A stretch of DNA of 64,000 nt, taken from IMG/VR virus record IMGVR_UViG_3300031555_003397; one strand, written 5' to 3'. This stretch comes from a virus (lineage: Duplodnaviria > Heunggongvirae > Uroviricota > Caudoviricetes). The translations under genes were made by a program, and so were the position numbers. Of this stretch, positions 29,007-41,432 are shown in pieces. The notes beneath the pieces were generated by a model. The model saw nothing but the letters and a program-made list of their open reading frames with translations. It was not told the DNA's origin and searched no databases. Every line of letters begins with the position of its first letter. The stretch's first letter is position 1.

Positions 29007-29789
29007 TTAGCAGCAACCGCAACCATTGTTAAAACCGAAACCGAAATTCTGATTCAAACCAAATGCAGAAGCATAAGGAGAGCAAGTCAGATAGGCAGGC
29101 TTTGCCACAGGCATTAGACGATTGATGATATTATCAGTCTGAGATAGCTGAGATAGCTGGAACTGAGCGGACTGTAGTTCAGTACGCAGTTTATCCATTT
29201 CAGTCTGATTTAGATAATTGATAATACGGTCAGTATTCTTATCGCCAGCAACTAGCAAGTTGTTAGCTACGTTAGCGATTTCATACTTTATAGCATCCTG
29301 GCCGCGCTCGATGTCGCAGCAGCAAGAAGCTAGTTGATTAGTTACGCCATTGAAGCCAGCTTGTATATTATAACCTAGGTTGCAAATACCCTGGTTAACA
29401 CCATTAAAGCCAGTCATCATAGCCATCTTTGTGTCGCAGCAGCAATTCTGCAAAGCTGCTAGAACAGAGTTTACTTGCTGAGCGTTGTTGTAGAAGCCAT
29501 CACATAGACCTCTCTCTAAGCCTCTTAGGCTGTTGTCTAACTGGTTGAAATTGAAAGCGTCGGCTAAGCCCTGAGCAGTTGCAGGAGTGCAACAAGCACC
29601 GCCTCCACCGTTGCCATTGCCGCCGAAACCGCCACGATTCCAGCCACCTGCGCCGAACAGTAGAATTAGAATAATAATCCACCATGCGCCATCGCCGCCC
29701 CAACCACCAAAGCCGGAGCCGCCATTATAGCCACCATTACCACGAAGCGCCAAAGCATCAGCTACAGAGATTCCTTCATTACCCATCAT
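29007..29789 (-). CDS. Gly-rich, single-TM, CCC-motif coiled-coil protein (module gene c)
   Basis: GGWGGDGAWWIIILILLFGAGGW; ACCT, NCCCD, SCCCD, GCGCC; capsid-like codon bias. Confidence 0.85.
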   Translation of the reverse strand: MMGNEGISVADALALRGNGGYNGGSGFGGWGGDGAWWIIILILLFGAGGWNRGGFGGNGNGGGGACCTPATAQGLADAFNFNQLDNSLRGLERGLCDGFYNNAQQVNSVLAALQNCCCDTKMAMMTGFNGVNQGICNLGYNIQAGFNGVTNQLASCCCDIERGQDAIKYEIANVANNLLVAGDKNTDRIINYLNQTEMDKLRTELQSAQFQLSQLSQTDNIINRLMPVAKPAYLTCSPYASAFGLNQNFGFGFNNGCGCC

Positions 29790-29830
29790 TTTTGTACCTC
29801 CCTTAAAGGTTTTTTATTTATATAAATTGC

Positions 29831-30073
29831 TTAGAAGTTTCTTATGCTTTGCAGTAGGTTACTCATTTCGGCCGAAAAATTTTTACCTTGCATACCAAAA
29901 GTCTCTTCAGCAATTCTTTGCAATCCTTGAACGTCTCCTCTTTCCGCCATTTGAACCAATTGACTCATGCGCGGGTCATTGGGATAGTTATTTTGGATGA
30001 TTTGCATAGCAACTTGCCGAGGGTTGCCTTGCTTTAACATCATCATTAAATTCATTGGATTCATAGCTACCAT
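29831..30073 (-). CDS. Met/Gln/Asn-rich small protein (module gene b)
   Basis: MNPMNLMMMLKQGNPRQVAMQ. Confidence 0.75.
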   Translation of the reverse strand: MVAMNPMNLMMMLKQGNPRQVAMQIIQNNYPNDPRMSQLVQMAERGDVQGLQRIAEETFGMQGKNFSAEMSNLLQSIRNF

Positions 30074-30495
30074 TTTTCACTTCCTCCCTTTGATTTTTCT
30101 GGAGTTTCTAGCTTTTTCAATCTAGCATCAAATTCTTCCAGAACGTTTAAAATTCTTTGTTCAATTGATGTCTCCGGTGCCGATACCGGAGCATCAGTTG
30201 GGTTAGGATTTTGAATTATTTTTTCTTGGATTAGTGTATTGTTTTCTAAAGGACTTAGCTTATAACTTAGTAGCATTGGACTACCATTTTGAATTGTCTT
30301 TAAATATATTAGTCCTTCGCGCAAACAAATAGCAGCAGATAATCCAACACCCACTGGAACATTAGCCACCTCACTTGAATTACCTATCATGTAAATACTG
30401 CCCTATGGTTGTGGGAAGTATTGTGTCATTTGATATGGCTGAAAGTTAGCAGGTTGATTGAAATTCATATAATTGTTATTATTTACTGGATTCAT
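30067..30495 (-). CDS. N/Q/P/Y-rich N-terminus + beta domain + coiled coil (module gene a; TAG at codon 31 = Gln)
   Basis: Extended to ATG 30495 with SD AGAGGAGG: MNPVNNNNYMNFNQPANFQPYQMTQYFPQP*GSIYMIG. Confidence 0.8.
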
Positions 30496-30579
30496 TTTCT
30501 TACCTCCTCTTACCCTTCTGACTATAAGTTAGGCTAGAAGGCTATGGATAATTGTTTTTCACTGATGGACAAAAAGAAT

Positions 30580-30608
30580 CTCCCTAATGCACAAAAAGCA
30601 TTAGGGAG
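30580..30608 (-). terminator. Rho-independent terminator ending the tail block
   Basis: CTCCCTAATGC-7nt-GCATTAGGGAG, followed on the minus strand by ATTCTTTTTG. Confidence 0.85.
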
Positions 30609-30625
30609 TTTTTGTTTATTTTGTT

Positions 30626-31000
30626 TTAGTCGGTGATTAGAGGTAAAATTCCGTACATATCACTTACAGACAGCTCGAGCTTTTCAAATTCTTCAATAGA
30701 AAATTTGAACTCACTTAAATCAATTTCAAGATTTTTAAGTTCGGCGATCTTTGCACTGCACTCATCTTCCTTGCCTTCAATAATTTTAATGGAAGTCATG
30801 TCTTCAGAATAAACAAGCTGACCATTTTCTTTGAGAGCATATTCATCTACAATTTTTGCAAACTCAGTCTGATAGAATTGAGTTTCCTCTTCAACCCGGC
30901 GCATTAAACGAGTTAACTTGTAGGTGGTTTTAATGGGAAGCTTCGCATTTATGATTAAGTTGTAAAAGTTTTGAATTGATAAGACTTCATAAAGTTTCAT
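30626..31000 (-). CDS. Hypothetical acidic helical protein
   Basis: 124-aa ORF, SD GGAGG, own promoter. Confidence 0.75.
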   Translation of the reverse strand: MKLYEVLSIQNFYNLIINAKLPIKTTYKLTRLMRRVEEETQFYQTEFAKIVDEYALKENGQLVYSEDMTSIKIIEGKEDECSAKIAELKNLEIDLSEFKFSIEEFEKLELSVSDMYGILPLITD

Positions 31001-31028
31001 TTAATTTCCTCCATTTTTCTTTATAATT

Positions 31029-31057
31029 ATTATAACATAAAAATATAAGAAAATCAA
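31029..31057 (-). promoter_or_regulatory. sigmaA-type promoter on the minus strand (TTGATT-N17-TATAAT, TGn)
   Basis: Reverse complement aaaatTTGATTttcttatatttttatgtTATAAT. Confidence 0.8.
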
Positions 31058-31060
31058 ATT

Positions 31061-34000
31061 TTACCATTTACCGCCATCTATCATAAAACCATCTAACGCA
31101 CCAGTAGAAGTATTTATCTATTTAACTCCAGTAGAAGAAACTAAATAAATTATATTTTTTGAGCTATGTTCACCAACAACAATAACAGCATTTTCATAAT
31201 TATTTAAATTAGAAGCATTGATTCCCAATAAATTCTTACGATAAGAAACAGTTGGTAAAACATTATATACAGCCTGCTCATTGGTGTATACTGTTTTAGT
31301 GGTAGTATATTTTTCAGTTCCGTTAGTTACTGTTTGCGTTGTGGTTAAAACTAAACGGCACACAAATGCATCTGCACCCTCGGAGAAAACAAAAATAACA
31401 CTACGTCTTGTTCCAGAATAAGATAAGAAAGAGGCAAGAGAATTAATACCAATGTCAACTGAACTTGCACCATTCCAATCGATATTTGCAATATTTCTAT
31501 ATTCTAATTTTGCAGTCAATGTTAAAGAATAATTACTATTATCGGTTATGGTTAATGCGCCAGGATGATTGTTGGTATAACGATAATTTAAATAAGAGGT
31601 AGCTCTAGTGACCTCAGTAGAGCTATAATCAGCTTCATTTAAAGTTACCGCACCCTAAGAGGTATGACCGCACACTTTTACATTTCCAGCATATAATTTA
31701 GAACCAGTATAATGATATTTGCTATCTGCATCAGTTATAACCTTAATTCTAAAATTAACCTAATAATCCAATTCAATTAGTTCACCAACAGTGATAATCT
31801 TCTAGTTAGAAAAAGTATAGGTGGTGGGAGTTCCTTGAGAAGGTGTTGTATTAGAAATAGAAGAAGATTTAGATGCTAAATCTATAGGATTACCAAAATT
31901 AACATACCCAGATTCTACTCCATTTTTAATACGATTAATCTAAATCTGAATTTTTGGATTAGTATTATAAGATTTTACAGTTCCATTAACGGTTAATGGC
32001 ATACCTTCTTTTAGATACTCCCAAGTATTTATTTCTTTACTATTATTTATTTTAATAGAACAAGAAGTAACCTAAGGAATTACACCATAATTAACCACAT
32101 AATTTATAGAAGTGCTTGTGTCAGTTCCAAAAACATCTGTAAAACCAACGGTTAAGGTTCCTTGATAAGTTTTATTTTTATTAGATACGGTAGGTAGCAT
32201 GGCATATAATTGAGCAGCAGTTAAGCTAAAATATAAGGTATCATTTGTTGTTGAATTGCCATTAACTGTTTTCTAAACTATTGTTAAAGACTATGATTTG
32301 CCTGTTGCAGAATCGACAGTTAATTTTGCATAAAAACTACTTGAGATATCTGAAATACCATATTCCTTATATTTACTCGGCGTTAGTTCTGAATAAGAGA
32401 CATTAAAGGTATTATATATACTAAAATCATAAGTTACTCCAGAAGTATAAACCTAAAAATCAGAAGAAGCTGTTAAATTTTTAGCTTCTAAATTTTCAAT
32501 TTTATAAGAGGAGCCTAAGTTTAATTTTGATGTATAAAAGTTATTTGCGGCATGGCCTAATTCACCAGTAAAAGTATAAGAACCCTTGGTAAGATTAATA
32601 CCTAACCACTATCCTCTTAAACCATCTGACGCGGCAGTTAGGGAAATTGTACCAACCTGAGTTGTCCCATTAAAAATTTTTAAACTATTATATCCAGTAT
32701 CTCTCTAGAATTTAAAAGAAAGGGCTTTGGAAAAATATCCCTAAAATTCTGATAAATTAATATTCTAATAATTTTGAGTATTATACATACCTAATAAACT
32801 AGGACGTTTTGACGCATAATATTTTGTACTAGAAGTATTAACAGCATTAGAAGTATCCATTCCATCATTTCTAGTAGCTGAAAAATAATAGTAATAGCTT
32901 GTTGTAGCCAAATTAGTAAAATAGCCTAAGGCACGAACATCATCAATTGTTTTTGTTAAAGATGAATCGTTTTCCCAAAGTGTTTTTTTAGTCCAAGAGC
33001 TATTATCGGTACTATAATGTATATAATAATTATACGTATTATTATCCTACTAACCATTATTACCTTTGGTTAAAGTAATTGTAGGATTTAGAATATAAGT
33101 CGCACCACTCAAGGTATTAACTGTTTCCAACTAAGTTCCTGTCACTTTTATTGTAACAGTTGGTTTCGTATTGCTTGAGACAGATACCGTGTAGTAGTCA
33201 GCACTGTCTTCTAAACCATCATTCGACCAAAAATAATAAGTTCCTGCGCCAACCCCTGATAAAGAAAAAGAAGAAGCGCAAGCAGTTTTTGTGCCAGTTG
33301 CAGAAGTTGCATATTTTAAGCCAACTGTTTGCCCATCAGAATCTGTACCAGGAGTTATATTAAAAGTAACGGTGCCACCAGAAGCTGGCACTAAAGTGGG
33401 CGAAACCGTTCCTCCCAAAGGTCTGGTAGGTAAGTTATTAATTTTTACGCTGCCGCCAGTTGTTATTCCAGAATAGTAAGAAGAACCAGCCGAACCCTTA
33501 GTTACCACTCCAAAAACAACCGTATGTCCACGAGTGGCATTACCTATATTTATTTTTGCGCTACCAGAACTACTTGTAGAAGATATACTAGTTTTGGTTG
33601 TATAAGTGCTAGTTGAAGGTGCAGAACCTTCGGAAGTAATTCTCCAATAAATATCATATCCGTTTATTGAATTACTTGTGCCACCACTTGCGCCAGACCA
33701 AGACACTGTAACTTCCCCATTAGGTGCGACCAAACCGGAAGCTGTTACCGAAGTTGGTGCATAACAATTAGAATAGGCTAAGTTTGTATTCAAAGTGCAA
33801 GTTTCATATGCTGAAGCGTTATGTTCCCAGTTATAACCACTATCAATATATGCAGAAATACTTACTATAAAACTACCAGAACCGTCTGAAGAGTGAACTA
33901 CTGTAAAACTACCGTCATCTTCAAAATCGTTGGCAAAGCTACAGCCATTATCACTAGAACCTGGTACCCTTCTACCAGTGCTCAATATATCATGCCAAGA

Positions 34001-34189
34001 CCCGTTGTAATATACCGATATATCACAATCAGTAGCTAACCACGTGGGAGAGCTACTACGTCCTCTTTTGTAAATATCATAACTAACTTTTGTTTGTCCT
34101 TTAGTTGAGGTAGCCTTAGCCGTCCACTCAAAAGACCAATAAGCTCCATTATTAGGATGATAAGCTTTTACAGAGCCGCTACTAGCCAT
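31061..34189 (-). CDS. Tail fibre / receptor-binding protein (DUF859-like N-terminus, FN3/Ig-like repeats; 1042 aa, many TAG=Gln)
   Basis: Track ORFs 33131-34189 and 31118-31519 share a frame; ends TAA 31061; S/T/G-rich beta repeats (VTVSWSGASGG). Confidence 0.75.
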
Positions 34190-34204
34190 TTACTTTCCTC
34201 CTTT

Positions 34205-36985
34205 TTACTCATTTATAAATAAATCATAACCTTCTTCTGCCTTCTTATACTACATATAAGAAGTGCCAGAACCAAAATAAACATCTTTTTCCAACCATGT
34301 TGCCAAAGATTTTATCTAACTTTTGTCTTTATTAATAATTATACTATCTTCCCTACCAGATCCCTAATTAAAACCAAAACTTATTTTATCATTGGTAAAA
34401 TTCTAGTAGCTTCTTTCACTTGATAAGCCATCAGAAATAATTTTCATAGATAGGTCTACACCATTTATAGTATTAGAAACAATTTCTAAATAATTTTCTT
34501 CTTTTGTATCAATTACAAAACTATCTCCATAAAAACCGATCTTATCATTTTTAATTTCGATAAAATAATCATTATTCTATTGTAATCCATCTGCCCGAAT
34601 GGCAAATACTTCTTTTTCTGTAGTTTGATAACCCTCTTTAAATATAATACCCATAGAGGTATCATAAATAGTTAATGAATTGGACTAACTAGTAGTACCA
34701 CCATGAATTCGAGCAGCATAAATATCAGCGCCCTAAATTATACTATCAGAAATAATGGAATCTCTAAAGATGCCTTTTCTTGCATATATTGAACCCATTT
34801 CAGTAACCTAAAAAGGAGACTCTTGAATATCTATATTAGTACTAGAAGCAGAGCCAGCCCAGAAAATAATTCTAGAGTTATCTTTATTACCAAAGACAGT
34901 GGCGGTTGCTTCACCAATGGTGTTTATACCTGCATAACTATCATCGTCTACTTTAGTCGTTAAAGAACCATTTAAGAAAACGTTATCTGCATATAGGCCA
35001 AGACCGGTAATATTTTTATCCACTGCGCCATCCAGCTAACCTAAAACCAATCTCTTAGTATAGGTTAACGCGCCATTTTCCTCTACAAAATCACTGATTG
35101 TTAAGGCATTACCAGAGGCAAAGGCTCTGTTATCATTTATAATAGCCTATTCACCAAGTATAGATAAAATAAAACCAGGTACTTGAGAATCAGAAGTTTT
35201 ACCAAATTTAGTGATAATTAAACCATCATCTAAAATATAGGATTTATTTAGCGTAATAGTTGTGGTAGTGTCATTTTGAGTTAAACTAACTACTTTGTAA
35301 ATATTCTTGCCAGAATAAATCCAATCATTTGCGCTTAAATTAGTCAAACCACTTACTACAATAATATTATTATTAGCACTTGTTATACTCCAGCTATCCT
35401 TAAATACCATTAAACTACCCATAGCTTGCACAGTGCCAATTTCAAGAATTGTATCTTGTAAATGAACATTATCAGCATAAATATCATTAAAAATAGCTAC
35501 GCCATCTTCACGAATTAGCCAATTGCCGTTTTCAGATTTCATATATGCTTGAGTGGTATCATCTCCACCATGCATCTCAATAGAACCTAAATTTAAAATA
35601 CCTGTTTGGTTCAGATTGATATTACCGGCTTCAATAAACTTATCTCTGTGATTAGTTGGATTATAAATAAAGGCATTACCTATTTTAATATAATCTTCAA
35701 TTACTGCGCCCGCGCCTAATATGATATCGTGTGCAATAATCTAACCAGTTGTACCATCTAAAGTGATATTTGGTAAATAGGTCTCCTGTCCGTCAACGAC
35801 TTTAATATAAATTTTTTCGGAGGTTAACTTATCCTCTAGAATATTAAAGCCTCCAATCTTACCACTTTTTGCGGTAATTGAACCTTCAAAATAACCTGAC
35901 TTACTTCTTAATTCACCAGCAAAATAACCATTGTTTGCATTAATAGTACCAGTAATAGTAAGATTGCCAGTGTCTGCAGAAGACCATAATACCTATTCAC
36001 CATTTCTATTAAGAATCTAAAAGCCACCATTCTAAATGGTCAAACCTGTTGCCGAAAAAGTTAAGTAAGAATCCTATATTGACTGTACAATTTTCCCTGC
36101 TTCGACAGATAAGGCAGCCATATCTTTTTTTATACCATATCGGACATTTAAATAGTCAATTAAATTAAAATTACCTTCTTCATTTTCTAAAAGATAGGTA
36201 TATCTAACTAAACATTCTTCATCCAATAAAATTCTGAAAGCAAGAGCATCTCTACTTAAGTTGTATAAGTCAATATTAAAAGTATCCTAAGTTTCATCAA
36301 AATTTATAAAATCTGGTGATATGTCTATATATTGATTAGAATTTATATCATAAACAGAAATAGAGAATTTTTCTTTTGATAATCCCCTAACTTGTTCATA
36401 ATACAAACCACTACCTGGCGCCGCCTAGTCTTTATAAACTGCAAATTGTAAGTTTTCTGGGCTAAAGGTAACTGTATTTCCGTCTAAGCTAACAAACTTT
36501 AAAATTTCAGTTTGATTGGCACTAATTCTATAGCTAGAAGAAGAAGTACCAGGAGGACCTTGCTTACCTTCTTCACCATTCTCGCCCCATCTATAAACTC
36601 CATAAACAACTGTTTCATTATTATTTGTGTAATAATAAATTGTTTTAGTCCATAAATATTGACCAGGTCCTACAGTTGGGACAGTGGAAAGCCATCCTTC
36701 TGTGCCAGTAATATTATTCCCACCATCGACTTTTAATTCAACTTTAGCATCGTTATAATAAGCATATAAGATACCATTTTCAACGTGGAAACTGGTCCCT
36801 AAGTCACTAAAACTTAGGGCACCATCCACTCCATTAATTTTTAAACTGGCCCCTTCTAAGTCCGGTGGAAGGTCACCAGTACTACTTAAAGCATATAAAA
36901 CTTTGGTGTGAGAAATACCAACTCCTGCAGTAGCAGTAATATCACTCATATCAACCAAACTAATGCTACCAGTATATTTAGCCAT
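34205..36985 (-). CDS. Tail fibre / minor tail protein (926 aa, TAG=Gln)
   Basis: Fragments 36425-36997, 35147-35575 and 34808-35023 share a frame; WLSTVPTVGPGQYLWTKT motif and short collagen-like GENGEEGKQGPPG. Confidence 0.75.
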
Positions 36986-36993
36986 TATCCACC

Positions 36994-39900
36994 TCACTCA
37001 TCTGAACCATACTCAATTTCGCAGATATATTCTGCATTTCCATCAAAATCTGAAGCGACTACATCTATTGATTGAGTTGTCGCCGATAGCAACTAACCGT
37101 CTAAATACCATTTATAGCCAGTTATTTCTGAAGAAGAAATTTCTTCTCTATTTTTATATAATCGTGCAGTTAAAGTTTTTACTTCAGTTTCATCTTTAAA
37201 TACGGTTCCTTTAGTAACCTCAATTAGAACCTCGTATTCTGCACCAAGAATAGTTTGAATACTAACTCCACCAATGGTGCCAGAATCAGCATGAATTTCG
37301 CCTTTAAAATATCCACCAGTGGCTTCCAAACGACCATCCTCATAAACAATAAATTCTTGTTTTGTTCCAGAGTCTCCAGCGCGAATTACCTAGCTAACAC
37401 CGCCAATAATATTACCTTCTTCATCCTTTATGGCAGTTTCATCATTGCGATATTTCTTTAAATAACCCAGACTTACAGTAGATGTGTCGGCAGTACCAAT
37501 TTTTAGTTCATCTCGAATCCACACCTTACCTTGAGATGACTATTCTAGTACAACTTGATTTAAATGGTCTTTTAGACGCAAACCATAGATGGCTTCATCA
37601 CCCTTTTTATCCAACAAACCAATTTTAACTTGGTCTATTTCAATAGTTTTACCATTCAAGACTACTTTGTTTATTAACTAAATGTCATCTTCCTCAGTAA
37701 TCCTTATATAGCCATCTAAACCAAACTTTTTAGAACGAATTTGGAAACCACGCCAAGTTAAGGCAAAATTAGCTCTATCCCAAATTCTATCTTCACCTAT
37801 CTTACCAGTTTCAGGATCTTTAACAGTAGAATTAAAGTCGGTATATCCATTTATACCGTACAATCCATATTGATCTAAACGAACAAATTTACTGAAGTTA
37901 AAATTCTACGCCGCACCAGTCTATTCATTTATAGTAAACTCATAAGCACTGATACCCGTCTTATCCCATCTAAAAGAAGGAAATGAGCCATTTAGAATAT
38001 TGACTTCTTCAACATTCATTTGACCGCTAGTAATATAACTTGCGTTAATACCTCTACCAGTAATACCAGTATTCCAAGTAACACCACCATCAACAGACAA
38101 GAATACACCGCCACTAACAATTCTCAAAATTTCTGCAGGATTCTTCATGCTGGTTGTAGTAATACCAGTTTCGTCCCAAACTACAGATTGGTCTTTAGCG
38201 TTTTGCAGAGTTAAAGCATTATTAGCAATAGAGTTCTATAAAGTGGTAATATTAATAGTACCGTCTTGCTGAACAATACCAGCAACTTTCATATACTTGC
38301 CAGTGCTGTATTCAACAGATTGAGTAGTCGCCGCCATACGCTGGAACAAATCTTCAAATTGAGTTTTATAGTTCTAAACTTTAATTTGATTTTGTTCTGG
38401 CTAATCTAACATAATAGTTAGCTCAGTAACAACGATTTCCTCTCGATAGGGAGTCTAAACTCCATCAATCCAAACCCAACCAAAGAACTCGGTATCTTCA
38501 ATTGTTGTTTTGTCGCCCAGCGCAAAGGTATAATTTTCATAACCTTCTAATTGGCTTAATTCCAAAACAGAAATATTGTAAGTAATCTTAGGTTTAGAAG
38601 AAGTTGCTAAAGTGCTTTGCGCGTCTAAGAAGTAAAGATTGTCATCAATATAATCTTCTGAAATCCAAGAGCCTTCTTGTAAGAAACGAGAATATTTTTT
38701 ATAGAAGGCGCGATGCAATACTTCTTTTTGAATCAACAAGCTAATTTCGGCATCTTCTTCTTTTCTGCTTGCTAAAATACGATTTATTTCATCATATCTC
38801 GCTTGAGCATTATCTAAATTAGTTTTTGCTTTAAATGCCAAATCACTATGATTTTTATATACCGTATCTAAACGAGCAATAGATGCTAAGGTGGCCAAAA
38901 CTTGGTCGTTCTCTAGCCATTCTTTTCTTTTTTCTCTTTCATTAGAATCAATAGTTGTATCACTATCTGCACTAATTAACTAAGTAAAGGTATAGCCAGT
39001 TAAAGATTCGAGATAATTTAACTTATCGCCCTACTGCTTGGCCGCTTCCTAAGAAGATAAATGATAAGTCTGGTAAGAAGCCTAATATTCAGTTATATCA
39101 ACAAGCAAACCGCTCTGCTCTTTGATATATTTATCACGCAAATCATTGATGCGTTTTAATTCTTTGTAATAACCAAGCCATCCACTGCTAATGTTAGGTC
39201 CTAAATATAAATCATTAGTAACTTCACTCATACCCAACATACCATGTTGAATATAATAACTAAAGTCTAAAATAAAGTTTTCACCATTAGGACTTTCATC
39301 AGCTCGTGCGATTGAACAGAAACCATCTTCTGCAAATTCGTTAGAATTATTCTTTACAATCAATTTAGAAACTATTGCTTCAGAATCAATTGTACGCTAA
39401 ATGTTCTTTAAATTAACACCATATTTAAAGCCAGAGTAATTTTCGTTTCCAATATATTCATGAAAACTAACCCACTTTCTTTGACGATATTCTTCGTCCA
39501 TTAGAATCATGCCTGTCTGTGGGTCATGGTCTATCTCAAATTTTACCCAGCATTCAAAAATTTCACAAAGCTCTTGCAGTAAATTAAATCTATTTGATTC
39601 AGAAGCTGTAATACTACGAATTTTTTCATAGCTATTTTCATTATAGGCTTCCTCATATGCGGGAGAAGGAGTTTCTCCCTTATAAATAGGCTTAACATCA
39701 TCAATACTCTTGTATTCATCACTGGGAACATAATAATAATAAAGAGTACGAACTTTACCTTGCTAAATTTCGTCAGGTAATAAAACCTCACCATTATTGT
39801 CAACATAAGGGAAGAATTGGACATCCTAAATGTAAATAGTACCAGGAGTCTTCAGCTGAATAAACATACCTAATGAATGACTCATCTCTATCATTTCTTT

Positions 39901-41421
39901 ATATGATAAAGCCTAAGTGCAAGCAATAGGATTAGAAACAAGATAGTCGGGCACTGAGCTGGTGTTAGAAGTACCTAACTCACATTCAAAATAAGGAGTA
40001 CCAGTTAAAGTATATTTACCATTTTCAAGTGTATATTCACTAACTTTTAATATTAAACTTATATCACTACCAAGTAATGTTTTCGCGCCATGTTCTCCTG
40101 CTACTCCGGCCCGTCCGTATTTAACTCTAAATATATATTTTTCATCTTTAACAAAACCGTCAATATGATGTCGCATATCAACAACACCAGAGTTAAACAA
40201 CAATTGCTCGGTATCAATAACCTCAAATTTCAAGCAAGATTCAAAAGAGGCTGTGCCATCTAAAACAGTATCAGGATTTACATCTCTAATATCTGGCACA
40301 GAAACAAGGTTTAGCTCAGGGAAGTTTCCTTCGCTGGAGCAACCAGTCTCCCATCCAGTGTAACTATCATAGTTATTTGGATTGGTTACATAAGACTAAA
40401 TAATACCAGGTGAAGTATAATCACTCTCGGTATAACCATAGATTTCTCTATATTGGCCATTGCCAATTGACTCTTTATATACATTAATATATTTGTTAAT
40501 AGTAGCGTCAAATTTAGTTCTGACTTTTCGTACAAGGCGCCGGCCGCGGTAAATATCAGAAATAGCCATAGAAGCAGCGAAATCTGGTTTGCCATCACTA
40601 CTATAAGTTACGCCATCTAAGAACCAATTCGGGCTGTTAGTAATAATATGGTCGTCATCCACTTCATATTCTTCAGCATATAGGAACTGAACATATGGTT
40701 GTTCATTCACTATGTTATTATAGAACGCATAAACAAACTTGTTGGCAGCTAGTGTGAGCGTATCGCTTGAATCTTCCATGTTTGTTAAGGTTACGTCTTT
40801 TGATAACTGAATTTGATATAAGGGTTCTTCAATAGTCTATTTTAAAATTTCGCCAGAATCGCGTAGCTTCCAGTCACTTTCATCAAGAACACGTTCAGCC
40901 AAAGTATTTATATTGCCCATGTTATTTTCTAACTCTGCGGCAAACTCTAGGTTGAAACCAGACTTAGAAAGCTCATTTACGAATAAATCCTTAGCAGTAT
41001 AAGAATAAGTTTTGGTATCAGAATTCTCTTGAATATTCTTGATTACAAAATCATACCATTTTGTACTTTCGGCGCCAAGTGCTCCATAACGTAATTTTAT
41101 CTTTCTTTCATTGACTATTAAACCAATGAAAGGATTGACGAAATACTCATTAGCGTCTGTATCGTAATAATGAGAATACATATTAAATGTTAATATGTTT
41201 TCACCATTAACTTTTGAAACTAACTTCGGCGATGTCGCACGAATGGGTGTATCCATAATATCTGAGCCAATAATACAAATTTTTCTTTCCTTGTAGTATT
41301 GGTGAACCACAGGACCGTGTCCGTTTTCAATCACACCTTCTGTTTCAGTGCCATCTTCATACTTAAAAGTAAGTATATCTTCCCAAAGAGATATTTCATA
41401 TGGTTTTTTAATAATTCCCAT
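36994..41421 (-). CDS. Large baseplate hub / tail-tip (Tal-like) protein (1475 aa, TAG=Gln)
   Basis: Eight track fragments all in one frame from MGIIKKPYEISLWED to TGA 36994; position after the Dit-like gene. Confidence 0.8.
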
Positions 41422-41432
41422 TAAATACCTCC

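Noticed and set aside
33131-34189. TAG-free first 352 codons of the fibre gene as a separate standard-code product
   Set aside because: This region has only about 2 Gln residues, so the absence of TAG is uninformative.
31061-36985. Diversity-generating retroelement acting on the tail fibres
   Set aside because: No reverse transcriptase and no template/variable repeat pair seen in the window.
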